From Leptogorgia sarmentosa (taxonomy: Eukaryota): a stretch of 64,000 nt of DNA. The DNA is taken from the NCBI GenBank assembly GCA_964658305.1, contig OZ210885.1, forward strand, positions 15,066,001 to 15,130,000, read 5' to 3'. Position numbers and translations under genes: made by a program. This document shows positions 25,316 through 39,133 of this stretch, piece by piece (within the stretch, counting starts at the first letter, position 1; every line of letters begins with the position of its first letter). The notes beneath the pieces are model-generated. The model searched no databases, had not been told where the DNA came from, and was given only the letters and a program-made list of their open reading frames with translations.

Positions 25316-26439
25316 TGATATGACTTATCTACATATTTATTGGGCATGTGCTAAAACCCGAAACGACCGGAACGAAACAACTAAAACCAAACAACGGAAC
25401 CACCGAAACAACAATCGGAAATGACCGGAACCGACCAAAGCGAAATATGATCAAACAAGGGGAACGAAACTACCGGAACAACCGAAACCAAAATCGAAAT
25501 TTGACTAGACTCGTCCCTAAGCCCCAACCCAAACGCATGTTTTTGTTTCCTTTCCAATTATGCCGTTAGTTTCCAAGCGTGTCTCACGAAATGGTGCAAC
25601 AATTTCAAGCGAATCGCTGAAGCTGCTGTTCACAAACAAACACTCCGAGTAACATCACAATACAAAATTCATCATGGCGGCATGATTCGAGCTTAAGCGA
25701 TTAAGATTTGAATTGAAGTGTATATATAAAATTTTAAGGTAAGAATTGAACAATCAGAAAAAAATCAATATACTGTCTACGGTTTTAAACCAGCTAGGCA
25801 GATATGGACTTCACAACAAGAAATTTAACTCAGTTTACATTAAATATTTATTAAAAATTTAATAACATAATAAATATCAATAGCTCGTCAAGCAAAACGA
25901 AGAGTACGGAAGTAACGCCATCGATTTTTGCATTACTCTGGTAAAGTACTTAAAGTTCTTCGCAATACTAAGATTGACCATGTAATCAAAATTACTTGTG
26001 TCAGGCGAAATTAGCAAGCAGTAAAATTTAGTTGAGATGGCCCTAGGCATTTTAAACGAAGTTGAATTTTGTATGTGGACTGTGCCGGCGTGTTTCTCCT
26101 ATTGTAGATCGTAATCCTCCAACATTAACATCAACCTGAACATTATTTATATTTCTAATATGAACAACAACACAAAGTTAAACATTTCAACCATTTGCAA
26201 GCATCTAACATTGGCGCAGGGGTGAAAAATGTATCGGACCACAGGACCATTGGTCCCAGAAATTTTTTTGGAATGACAGAAAATATCCAGGACTCAGTTA
26301 CACAGAAAGAAAATCTTAAGCAAACTTCTACAAACTTTGAGATAGAGGGTTGCAAATGGTTGTACATCCCAGATTTAATATTTATAGTGCATATATATAT
26401 ATATATTAATATATATTGCTGTTATTTCATCAAAACTGT

Positions 26440-29259
26440 TTTAGTGTCAAAAGTCAACTGAAATTCCATGTCAAGCCACGCACGGTGGATGGGTGACAAT
26501 TCATTTTTCGGCCCGTCTGGAATTTGCAGCATCCGAGTTTGGAAATCGTTGTGCTTCCGCTTAATGCATGCCTGATACATGTGGTAATGGCAGTTTTGTG
26601 GGTCAGCGGATACTCTTGTAGACCCATCAGATGCCTTGTAAACACGTCATTCTACGTTAACGATGCAAAAATCATGTGGGGGCTCAGGGACATGTGGAAG
26701 AACTTGTAATGGTTTTCCACATCCATAACAACATCTGACTTGTGTTCCAGCAAGAGCTTTCAGGCCGAAATGACTTCCTTCTTCAGATGCTGACTACCGT
26801 CGGGATAATTCTAACAGAGCTGCAGCAGCATCAAACGAACCCGATTTACTTGGCGCATTTGTCGAAGCTGTGGTGGATCTCTTAGATGGCTCACGAATGG
26901 CCATAAGGGGAGGATTATTTGCATTTTGCTTTCCCTTTCTTCGTGTTTTGGGTTTTTTGCCAGCAGACTTAGACAAATTTTCTTCAATGAGTCGATGAGG
27001 ATCTGGAATTTTTTTTCTCTTCCGGACAAGAGATAGGAACCCTGATAGACAAATGTCATTCTCAGCAACAGCAAGGGAATGATGGCAAATCATAGCCGAC
27101 TTGTACTTCGCACATCCACACTTCACCATGTCTCCAGTAACAACAACATGGCATGGTGGCTTGCCTTCACTGTCAAAGACCAATCTTTCTGACAACGTAC
27201 CGTCCCACGGTACAGGTATGACTCCCTGATCTTTATTCAAGATATTAGCAGCAAATCGCCACATTTGCTTCAAATTGGTGAGTGAGAGTGTGGTAATGCC
27301 TGAATCCTTGTAAGAAACACTGAGAGCTTCCTCGTCGTTACCAGATCCTGCATCATCGTCATCTACTTTCGCGAGCTTATCCAAAGGCTTAGAGAAGCAC
27401 CGTTTGTAATGAGCTTCTCTTTGGGCATTATCCATATCTACTCAAACGCCAGCTTTGACCTCCAGGTGTTGCAACGCCGAAGCGAGACGATACTCACCCC
27501 CTTGGTAGATAACTCTCTTCATCTCCCTTTCTTGAAGCTCTGCCATTTCTTGGTAGGAGAGGCAGAAATCTGACCACCCCTTCTTGTGACCTGCATCAGC
27601 TTTAATGACCCTATTGCAGCATTCGGCAATGTTTTGTGTATAGAATTCTGGCGGTGAACCAAGCCCAGCGATTTGTCGGATAGGGGAAATCACGTTTTCT
27701 TTCATAACCTGGCTAAGATGGTTTTCGAACCACGGATGAAATTCTGCTTTCCCGGTGTGTTGCGTCGCTTCGATTTCACACCATTCCTTTTCCACCCTCT
27801 GTAAATTGTTGTCGAAATCATCAGAGCTGTCGGCATCGGCAAGTTCTTTTTCCCGCACGTCATCCATTCTTCTGCCAAAAATGTTATTTAAAATTGTTTG
27901 TCTCGCAGTTTTTGCAAAGGACAATGCAGTTAGCTTTCTATCGATGTTATCCGCTAGGTGGATCTTGCATCTTAAGTGAACTGCTTCAGGCAGTTCACAC
28001 AGGAATGCGTTAACAATATTTATCTCGCCATCTGTGCCGTAAGCTTGGAGAGCTTCGAAGCCTTTGCAGTGTGACTTGAGCTGATGACTACTTAAGTAAT
28101 GGTAATCGTCGAACTCCTTAGTCGTGTGAATGATCGATGGACCAATCGCCACAGGATGTTTGCCAGCCTTGTTTACAAACATGGTGTTTTTGTAGGAGGT
28201 CATGGTAACGTAAAACGGACCGCAATTGAATGTTGCATCGATGCTAAGGATAGCGCTGAACCGGCGGGAAAGGCATATCCTCGACAGTTCGTTAAGTTGA
28301 AATTCTGTCGCTTGAAAAGACCTTGGTTGCGTTCATTGTGACGTGGATGACTTGGCAAACCCCAAATCTCGGACAAATGTTCCTTTGTTTAGGAGTTCAA
28401 GAACATCATAAAACTCGTGACGTTTTGGAGTTTGGCCAGTCTTGGAACCTTTGCTGTGCATCTTTTCATTGTATGCTTGCTTTCTATTTCTGGGAACATC
28501 TGCCTCCGACTTACAGCCAATATTTCCTCCTCCTTCTTCATAACATTCATCTATTGCTTTCTTACATGACTTAGTTTCACACTTCTGTTTTATCTTCTCA
28601 AGTACTGGTCGAGATGTTCTCATGTAAGGCTTGGCATTCTTCCCTTTAGCATTTCCATGTTTTACCAACTTGACCGGAACTTCAATACCTCCCTCAAAAA
28701 AATACTGTACAACCGCTAGAGGCAGCTGGTTTCCCTTCCAGTCGAAGACTGTTGTGATGACCTTTCTGAACGTAGGAGTGTGACTATGCTGAAAGTAGTT
28801 CCTATACAGTGTGTATACATTTTCAGGGTCAGGTTGGCAGTCATCATCTGGCTTGTATACAGTGGAGCTTGAAATGCCTGTATTTTCTGACACTTCAATA
28901 CTATATTTCCTACGTGGTTTTGTGTGACCCCCACAACTCCCATTATCATCTCCGAAGGCCACAATATCACTACTACCAATCGCCTTTGTATCAACAACGT
29001 ATGCGGCCTGTGTTCGTACAGCATGAGGAACTTGTTTGCATATAATTCCATTGCGCACCCGTTTTCCTACTATGATATCAAGCAGCTGATGCGCAGTGTA
29101 CCCTTTAATTGGCCGTTCGAAAATTGGAGTGTTTTCTTTATTTTCTGAAGAAGTGACAGGCGGGGAGGTGATCTCACGTGGACTATCATCGCCGTCGGAA
29201 GAGGCTGCCTCACTGTCGGATGAGATTACAAATATGGGCGCCGAATCTTTGTTTAAGAT
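26440..29259 (-). pseudogene. MULE transposase with SWIM finger and C-terminal Cys/His finger, stops and frameshifts
   Basis: GKHPVAIGP, YGTDGE, HLRCKIH, YTQNIAEC.N, CGCAKYKSAMICHH, CYGCG; acceptor at 29259; candidate upstream exons near 35960-35995 and 35115-35168. Confidence 0.85.
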
Positions 29260-29362
29260 CTGAAAATTCGCCAAAAGATTTAAAATTAAAGGGATATGGC
29301 AATAAACTTTTTTATTGCCTTGGTGTAAGTGTTAGTAGCTGTGCAACTATGTAAGCCATATA

Positions 29363-30174
29363 CAGGGTGTATCAAAAAAAGCGCAATCCTACGTTCAAAT
29401 GCAATTTTCATAACGAAAAGTATTAGAAAATAGGCTATATTTACCACCGTTAGAAAGCTCTATCATTCCGCTTTCTTAAGGCTGCTTGTTTGTTGAATTT
29501 GAGTTGGAAATGAGCGAGTAATGATATTTTTAGTAAGTGTGATTGGACAATTTAAAATTTGAGATAGCTTGAATTTATTAAAAATTTAAATTTAGTTGGT
29601 TACAATCATTCAACGTGGCCTGGCTTTCTCACCACACACAAATCACTTCGACGTTGCATTTCCCGTGCAACTCTTCTTATTAGTTCATGATTTCCATGTA
29701 AAGCATCTGCTTCAAGCTGTATCTGCCGGTATTTAAGTACGTTACGCCAAACGGTCGTCGAATTTGGGACTTGTCGATCCGGGAAAGCTATTCGAAACAA
29801 TCTTAAAACTTCCTGAATACTTTTTGTTACAAAGTAACCTTCAACAATAAAAGTTATTTCTGCTGTAGTGAGCTGTGGCATGATGCCTAAGACTTTAAAA
29901 TTATTTCGCGAAAATATTTCAAACAAAATATTCGCATGCAACGATAACGTCCCCTTCGGAATTAAGAACGTCGAATTCGAAGCATCTAAAAATGACTGCT
30001 TGCAGTAAATCACTTATTTTGAAGTCCTAAATGGCCTAAAAAGTCACAATCGACCACTTATTGAGTAGAAAAAAGATAGGGCTAAAACATGAACTAAAAG
30101 TTAAGACATGGAAATCTACATTATTTTGGTTATAAAGCCTTAAACTTGGATTGCGTTTTTTTTTATACACCCTG
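29363..30174 (-). mobile_element. Internally deleted mariner-like (maT/DD37D-type) element
   Basis: TIR cagggtgtat...aaaaa.cgcaatcc; TA TSD; N-terminal HTH fused to C-terminal RR..LC....GHVE. Confidence 0.85.
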
Positions 30175-30309
30175 TATAACGTTTTTTGGGATCCGGCTGT
30201 TTCTGTAGGACCCATTATCACTCACAGCACTATATCTACTGGTTTTCTTAAGGCATCCACCCATTTGGGGCATTAAAACAAGAAATTTAGAACTTAGTTC
30301 TACCGTATC

Positions 30310-33300
30310 TGTAATGTCCTTATTAATATTCAAATTAATTCAATAGGTCTGTATATAAGTAGTGGCCAATTCGAAATAAAGACACTCCTTTTTGTATAGT
30401 ATATGAGTATACACGAGAGATATTATATTTGGCGACGAGGATTCCAAATTACAAGCTATATAAGTATGAAATTACAAATTATATGAGTATAAACTAAAGA
30501 AGAAATATAGATGCTTTAAAAAAAGCATATAGTTACGCTACGAAGTGAAGCAATAACGATATACAGCCTCAGGCTAGAGCAAGACTGAATGGCTGTCTCA
30601 CTGCCGAATTTCCCTACTTTTGAAGTTCATTTGGACGGCAATACCGGACCAAGATGGAAGAAATGGGTGACTCGTTTAGAACGATTGTTAACGGCGATGA
30701 ACATTACAGACAAGCTACAGAAAAAAGCACTTCTGTTGCATTTTGCTGGCCCAGAAGTAGACGAAATTTTTGATACGCTTGAAGACACCGAAGAAGAGAC
30801 AGACTATAAAGACGCCGTAAGGAAACTCACAGAATATTTCGCTCCACAAACGAATATCGCGTACGAAGTCTACAACTTTAGACAAGCAAGACAAAATCAA
30901 GGAGAGTCACTCGATAGTTATCACGTTCGACTCCGTCAACTCGCCACGTTCGACTCCGTCAACTCGCCAAAACTTGTGATTTTACGAACATAGACAAAGA
31001 AATAAAAGAGCATATTATTCTTAGCTGCACTTCGAGCACGCTGCGTAGGCGAGCACTTCAAGATGAATACAGTTTAGACAAGTTATTGAAAGTTGGAAGA
31101 TCGTTAGAAATAAGCGAAAGTCAAGCAAGACATCTTGAAGGAAGGGATCAAGCAAGACATCTTGAAGACAGAGATCAGAGGGCAAATTCAGTTCGTGGCA
31201 GAAACAGAAGTTATCAAGCAAAACGGAATTATTCATCGCGTGACAGCAGTCACAACAAACCATTTACTCATTTCAATAAAAAGAATTTTCATACCTATAA
31301 GCAAAGTAAAGAGCAGAGTCAAACCTGTAGAAATTGTGGTGGATATTTTCCTCATAAGCAAGCGTGTCCAGCGAAAGATAAAGATTGTAGAGCGTGTGGA
31401 AAACGTGGACATTTTGCACGTGTATGTCGTACGAATCCACCAAAATCAAAATCTGTGCATGCTGTCGCACCGTCCCTCGATAAGCACCAACCAAACAATG
31501 ACGAAGAAGACTACGAATATGTGTACACTGTTAACAAGTCACCAAATTGCCCACCTACATGCTTAATTGAAATAGAAGGACAGCGATTCGAAATGATGAT
31601 TGATACGGGAGCATCAGTCAACCTGATAGATGAAACAACCTATAAGAAAATAAATCGACAACGAGGGCGAAGTCTGGAAAAGACAGAGCGCTACATTTAC
31701 TCCTATGGTTCGCCAGCACCTCTACCAATACTCGGAACGTTTGTTACTACGATCAAAACATCAGATGTATCGACAAATGCAAAGCTACACGTTGTTAAAG
31801 GCAATTTTGGAAATTTACTCAGCTTTGCCTCAGCCAAGAAATTGAATCTGCTTCAAGTGTCTGTGAATGCAGTCGATGTTCCTTTTCATGGAAATCTACC
31901 GCAAGAATACAAGTGTTTATTTGGAGGAATTGGGAAAGTGAAAAGGACGGTTGATTAAGTTACATATTGATCCCCAAGTGAAACCGAAACAACAGCCTCA
32001 TCGTAGAATACCCTTCCATGTACGAAAAGATGTAGAGAAAGAACTTGAACGGTTAGAGAAGCTAGATATAATAGAGAAAGTTGACGGTCCAACTCCATGG
32101 GTAAGCCCTATCGTGGTCGTGCCAAAAGACTCAGGAGAAGTGAGAATTTGCGTTGATATGCGTGAAGCTAATCGAGCGGTGAAGAGAGAGAAACATCTGA
32201 TGCCTACTATGGACGATCTCATTTCCGACCTCAATGGTGCTACGGTATTTAGTAAGCTGGACCTCTCGTCTGGATATCATCAATTTGAATTATCTCCAGA
32301 AAGTCGCAACATCACTACTTTTACCACCCACGTTGGGCTAAGAAGATACAAACGTCTTCTGTTTGGAATTAACGCAGCAGCTGAAATATTTCAGAACGCT
32401 ATTGAAGAGATCCTTACTGGTTTGCCTGGATGTAAGAATATATCAGATGACATTATTGTGTTTGGTAAAGATCAGAAAGAGCATGATTCAAACCTACGTG
32501 GGGTTCTTGAAAGATTAAAGCAATATAACATCCGTCTAAAAGAAGAAAAATGTTTATTCTCACAGCCGAAGATTATGTTCTATGGTCATATCTTCACTAC
32601 GGAGGGGATTAAACCAGATCCTAAGAAGGTAGATGTCATCAAAGCCATGAATCCACCACAATGTGTAAGCGAATTGAAGTCACTCTTAGGAATGGCGCAG
32701 TATGTATCCAGATTTATTCCCGACTATGCAAAGATAACAGCCCCACTACGAAACCTCACCAAGCAAGGTTTCGAGTGGAGATGGACTTATGAAGAACAGA
32801 AGGCTCTGGACAGTTTGAAAAAAACACTTGCTGGTGATAAAGTGATGACATACTTTGATCCGAGAAAGAACACGGAAATCGTTGTTGATGCAAGCCCGGT
32901 AGGACTTGGTGGTCTACTGGTACAAGAGGGAAAAGTCGTTAGCTACGCAAGTCGCAGTCTTAGCGAAGTCAAAGCAAGATATTCCCAAACAGAAAGAGAG
33001 ATGTTGGCTGTAGTTTGGGCTGCTGAACACTTTCACCTATATGTTTACGGCTCAAAGTTCCACATTATCACCGATCACAAGCCTTTGCTTGGTATTTTCA
33101 ACAGCAACAAACCCACATCGACCAGAATTGACCGATGGAAATTGAGGCTTATGCCTTATGACTGTCAGTTGTTTTACCGTCCTGGAAGAACAAGGAAAAT
33201 CCAGCAGATTTTATAAGTCGTCATCCTAACGCCTCGGAAGTCCAAGAGCAAAACGTAGCAGAGGAATACACCAATTATGTTTGTATCAACGCCATCCCAA

Positions 33301-34911
33301 AAGCGATGACTATCCATGAAGTAGAGTCGGAAACTCAAAAAGATCCAACAATGCAGGCTGTAATAAAAGCAATTGAAACTGGCAATTGGTCCAGTCCAGC
33401 GGTTCAGGAATACACGAAGATCAAGCAAGAATTAGCAGTTCATGAAGGAACAATTCTGAGAGGAAATCGCCTTGTTATACCCCCCACGTTGAGAAATAAA
33501 GCTGTGGATTTAGCACACGTCGGGCACCAAGGCATTGTTAAAACGAAGAGACTTCTAAGGGAGAAAATCTGGTTTCCTGGTATAGACAAGCTCACAGAGG
33601 AGAAAATAACAAACTGCCATCCCTGCCAAGTCTCAACGCCCGAGAGCTCAAGACCATCAGAGCCCCTCAAGATGACCCCACTGCCTAGCGGTCCTTGGAA
33701 AGAAGTCTCCATAGATTTTGCAGGACCTTATCCTTCAGGTGAATACATTATGGTAGTTATCGATGAATACAGTCGTTTTCCAGAAGTTGAGATCTTGACG
33801 TCCACGTCAGCTAGAGCAGTAATTCCAAAGCTGGATGCAATTTTTTCCAGACAAGGAATTCCTGATGTGTTGAAGAGTGATAATGGCCCTCCCTTTACCA
33901 GTCTTGAATTCAAGAAATTCGCAGAGCACATGGATTTCCAACATCGTCGGATAACACCATATTGGCCAAAATCGAATGGAGAAGCTGAGCGTTTTATGAG
34001 AACTCTCGGGAAATCCATACGTTCCGCCAATGTTGAAGCGAGGAATTGGAAACAGGATCTGTACAGATTTCTTCGGCAATATCGAGCTACTCCCCACTCA
34101 ACCACAGGTACTTCGCCATGCGAAGCCCTCAATCACAGGAGACTCAAGACAACCTTACCTGAATCAGAACACCAAAGGGTTATGTATGATGATTTACAAA
34201 GTAAGATGAAGAGAAGAGATGCTGAACAAAAGTCGAAGATGAAGTTGTATGCTGACAAAATATCACGTGCAAGAGAACGTTCCCTTCAACCTGGAATGGT
34301 GGTCCTGATGAAACAACCTCGGCAAAACAAGTTGAGTACACCGTTTGACCCAAATCCATTTGTTGTCAAAGAGAAAAAAGGAACTATGGTGACAGTTTCG
34401 AATGACTGTAAGACTGTGACGCGAAACTCGTCTCAGTTCAAAATTGTCTCACCAGAGCTACTGAATCATGAAAGAAAGCAGGAAAGACAAGAAAATGAAG
34501 TACCACCAAGTATAACTAATTCCAGTCAAGACGAAGCAATGGAATCATTAAGAAGATCAAATCGACAAAGAAGACCACCTGCAAAGTTCATGTACTATGT
34601 TACGACCATCCATTAAAGATACTCAAAGATAGATAAGTAGATATAATTAGATAATCGATAATTAAGCAAGTCATATTTATTAACACTCCAAAAAAAAGAA
34701 CGAAAAAAACATTTTTATAGATAGTAATTTTGAGCTCAAGCTATATGGACAAGTTTTGAGAGATGATACTTTCCAACTAGTGACAAGGAGGGATGTAATG
34801 TCCTTATTAATATTCAAATTAATTCAATAGGTCTGTATATAAGTAGTGGCCAATTCGAAATAAAGACACTCCTTTTTGTATAGTATATGAGTATACACGA
34901 GAGATATTATA
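30310..34911 (+). mobile_element. Full-length Ty3/Gypsy (Mag-like) LTR retrotransposon
   Basis: 118-bp LTRs at 30310-30427 and 34794-34911; TSD GTATC; PBS TGGCGACGAGG; PPT aaggaggga. Confidence 0.95.
30589..34616 (+). pseudogene. Gag-protease-RT-RNase H-integrase polyprotein with several frameshifts
   Basis: CRACGKRGHFARVC, IDTGAS, KLDLSSGYHQ, ISDD, DASPVGLG, TDHKPL, GHQGIVKTK, SDNGPPF. Confidence 0.93.
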
Positions 34912-36593
34912 GTATCCAATGATATCACATATATTACTGTATTTGAATTTCCACCAAGACAAGAGTGGTTTAAATATTTTTTACATATGTTTAATTTTCC
35001 AAATCAGATTAAGGACAGAATGGAAAACAATTTAGAACATCAGTCAAAACTATTTAACTTGATTTTCCTATATCTTATAACATGCCCAAACAAATAAATT
35101 AGAATGTGTACTCACTATTCCTTCTTCAGTTTAGGTACTTTCACTAATTTGTCATCTTCATTTGAATACTGCAAAAATTAAAAATTCATGCAGGGAGCAA
35201 CTTTCTGATAACCCACTAAGTGGGTCAGCAATTATCTTGAAAACTTTACTCAGAATAGTGATACCCCACCCCTGAGAATTTAAATGCTATCAGAAACCAG
35301 CTGTTTATGAAGCCCAATAAACATGGAGGAGGAGTTAATATTGGCATATATTATTCTGATTATGACCATTCATTATTTATGGCAGGGGGTGGATTGGTAA
35401 TATCTATAATAAACCAAATAGAAAACACTTGACCCATTGTTATGAAAACAAAAAGCTGACATGACCTACACAGAACCAATGATTAAATAGCAGGTGACCC
35501 ACTTGCACACATATTGGCATATTTTCTATGCCCCCCCTAAACTGTCTTGAATTTGGGGTACCCACCCCCCCCCCCCCCCCCGCCATTCATTCTGACCAGT
35601 CATAAATAATAAATGTCCCTTACTGCTTAATATAATTTCCAATTATTCTGCATGCAAATGTGGCTTAACTCACATAGGTTGTAATAACAAATAAAGGCAT
35701 AGTTATATAGATTTTGCATGGAAAAACATCTGAATTACACACCTAAAACTAGCTAGTATTTCGCGGATTTGATAGTTCTAAATGAGTATAGAAATAAATG
35801 CGACAAAACGCACACTCTACACACCTCGCTTTTCTTTTTTCTAACTTTGTTATTAACTCCTTCGCCTTAAGAATCTACAAAGGAATTTATACGGGCTAGT
35901 TTTCACCTGATTGAGTTCAAACAATTGTACCGCTTAATTGCGAATTTAACAAGCAAATACTTACTGTTGTGTTGAGCTCTTCCAGGTCGTCCATGTTGTG
36001 CACAACGAGAACGTAAAAAGCGCGGTAAATGCAAATCATGTGGCGAGTTCTTAGTAATAAGGGAGGGGAGGGAGGTCAAATTCCGATTCGTTCCGGTCGG
36101 TTCCGGTCATTTCCGATCATTTCCGATTCTTGTTCCGGTGGTTCCGTTGTTTGGTTTTGGTTGTTTCGTTCCTATTTATTGACACAAAAAGTTGTCACTA
36201 TACAGGCACCACACAGGGTGGCTAATGATTCCCCTTGGATGAAACGGGCTTTTTGATGCAAAACTATGCTATTTATTCGTTAACCAAAACTTTAACATAT
36301 AAGTTAGAAATATATTGACTTCTACAGTAGAGAATAATCCGTTCTGCGTTTTATCTTATATTTAGTTGCCAGCAATCCTTTGTCGGGTTTTTGTGTCTCC
36401 TGTATTATTATTCCAGTCCTGGCCAAGAATTGAGATAAACCCATCGCCTGATGGTGTTGGATTTAGCGACCCAGATGGCTCATCAACGTGTAGACGCAAC
36501 CCGTAACCACAGTTCTTACCCTGTGCTGTAACCACAGATGAATCTGTCCTGTAACCATATAAATATTTATTTGTTTTCAAATTTATCTGGAAC

Positions 36594-37389
36594 GTGTGGA
36601 CGGGGTCTAAAAGACATACTGTTTATATTCGTATTTCAGTATCAGTTGCTGTCGAATGTTGGCTTGAGCGAAAAATTGTTTTCGTTGATATTATGGAAAA
36701 CTGTTTGGAGTACAAACGTGTCCTAAAGCTTCTAAACTATCACCAAGCACATATTGAGACATTCCTATCAAACAAAGTTACCCACATCATAACAGGGGGA
36801 AAAACTTCTCAAAAGAGCGAGACCATAGTTAAAAACATGCAATGCAGCCGTGCAAAGAAAATGGTGCAATTGGCAGTTCAAGCCCGGCGACAAAAATTAG
36901 TTCCAAACCTGAAAAACCAGTGCTCACCCTAACTGATTTGATGAAATTTTCCGTCAATTGTAATAAACAGTAAACACATCGGCAATCGAAATAAAAGTGA
37001 AAAGTTAGAACGTTCCAATAATATTGTGGCAAAAGTAGACCAGAGCATGAATGCACATGTTAGGGAATTACAAGGGTAATATATCAAAGTACAAGATGTG
37101 AGTGGCAAGTATAGACCTCTTGTGGTTCAAATGAAAGATTAGCCGGAACTGCAATTAGACTGTGACAATACACCGTTTACTCATCCAAAGGTTTTAAAAT
37201 CAATTCCAATTCATTCAAGGATACAGAAAAAACTATGCGAGCTGTGTAACCACTATTATACTTGCAAAACAAGTCATCTTAATGGATCTGAGCATCAAAA
37301 GAATGAACATGATAATATGTTGTTTGCATCACTTGATGATCTGATGCGAACAGGACCAACACTTTGGGATTTGCTGAAAAATATATAAT
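36594..37389 (+). pseudogene. DBF4: Compact intronless DBF4/ASK-like (Cdc7 activator) pseudogene
   Basis: Motif N (IETFLSNKVTHII, SRAKKMV), motif M (YIKVQDVSGKYRP), motif C finger (CELCNHYY...HLNGSEH); in-frame stops. Confidence 0.75.
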
Positions 37390-38102
37390 TAAAAATTTAT
37401 TCCCATCTATAATTGTCATTCCTTGACCCTTCTTATGAAGGAACAAACAAGAAAAACAAGTAAGCAGTCTTTGAAATCATCGACTCTGAATGCTGTCTCT
37501 TGATTGCTTAAAACGCTTGCCATTTAATGATATCGAGGGTGTTAGAAGTGAATTCACTTCACTTGAAACAATAGCCGATGAAAGGAATTACATTCTTAAT
37601 TATCTAAAAGATAACACGTCAATCACATACAAGACAGACAAAGAATACAACAGTCTTCAGAATAAAGGGAACAGATGTCTGCATGCAAGCTTGGATCAAA
37701 GTCAATGGCATAAAACTGCGGAGATTTGAAATGATATATTGTGACTTTAAAGACGGTTCAGAAGTCTTCGTCCATGGAAATACTGGATCGAAAAGGCCTA
37801 CAACAAAGACATCGGATTGTATAGCATGGTTGAAATTTCTAGTTAACTCAATAAGTGATCAGCAACCAGATAGTGGAAAAGTTCATTTACCGTTCTGTTT
37901 CAGCAAGCTGGCTCTTTACCAGAAAATGATAAGTGAGCTGGGTTCTGACACTGTTGGCAGATCACATTTCTATGGCATCATGGAGAAAGAATTTGAACAT
38001 GTCTCAATACGAAAGGTAACACTTACTTCACAGATTATATATATATATATACCAACTTTTCACCACAACAGAAGAGGCTAGCAAAATATTTGTGTATGTT
38101 GA

Positions 38103-38832
38103 AGGGAGGTTACAGTCCCTTTTGCGCATGCACTAGGTTTGTTTTCGAAGAGCGTAATTTGAGGACGGACAGAGATGTCGCCAACATGCTTCTCAACAAA
38201 TATATGGCCAGAAATGTCGAAGTTTGGTATGCAGTAAAGTACGAAACAGTAAAATATTTGATTCTTAATGTAATGCATGTTAATTTTTTTTCAAAATCAT
38301 TAAATAGCAACGCTGAGACGCAAACGGAAAATTCGGATGTCACAGCAAGCGAGAATGAGGTGCCTTTGTCATTGCATTAAGAATCAAATATTTTACTGTT
38401 TCGTAGTTTACTACATACCAAACTTCAACATTTCTGGCCATATATTCGTTGAGAAGCACGTTGGCGACATCTCTGTCCGTCCTCAAATTGCGCTCTTCCT
38501 TCAACGATATCCATCGAGCTAAACAATCAAACAAATAAACCGTTTTAGAAGCGTCGCTATTGGCAACATAGTCCTTTCAACTGGCCATGTTTTACTCAAG
38601 ACAATTTCTCCCAAACAATTTCACTACCCTGTGCCAGACAGATGTAAAATTCCTCAATGACATATGACACTGATTATACCGATTTAAATAATATGGTCAC
38701 TCCACAATCAAAACAAACACGCTTTTATTATTGCCGGAAGTGAGACCGAGAATAAGTTGGATACACACATTCGGTGGAGTCTCCAGACGAAAACAAACCT
38801 AGCGCATGCGCAAAAGGGATTGTAACCTCCCT
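38103..38832. mobile_element. Kolobok-like non-autonomous element with an internal inverted duplication
   Basis: TIR agggaggttaca.tcccttttgcgcatgc.ctaggtttgttttcg; flanks TTGA/TTAA; 38147-38272 inverted at 38372-38498. Confidence 0.8.
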
Positions 38833-39133
38833 TTAAGGTTTCAACTGATAAAACAGAAGCCTGTGATTGAAACTATCCATTCTCTGACAAGACTTCCATT
38901 GTTCAGTACATTGTCTAGTATACACAGATTACCTGTAACCAGGCAACCTTCCAGTCTTTATGAATATGCTCAGGGTTAAAATGCCATAGTTAAGTTAACA
39001 TTATTTTATCATCACAGGAAAATCGATTTACCAAATGTGACCATTGCACAAATTATAAAAAGCAACTAGAGGCAACAATGAACAAAAGTAAAAGAAAAGC
39101 TACTCAAGAACTTCTAGATAAACACATCGAACT

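Larger units (their letters stand above)
25342..36172 (-). mobile_element. Large MULE/Mutator-type DNA transposon with repeat-rich inverted termini, hosting nested mariner and Gypsy elements
   Basis: 25369-25437 (ggaacgaaacaac.aaaaccaaacaacggaaccacc...) matches the reverse complement of ~36095-36172; encloses a MULE transposase; right tip appears lost. Confidence 0.7.

Noticed and set aside
35563..35581. Poly-C run
   Set aside because: Simple homopolymer within a small MITE-like fragment.
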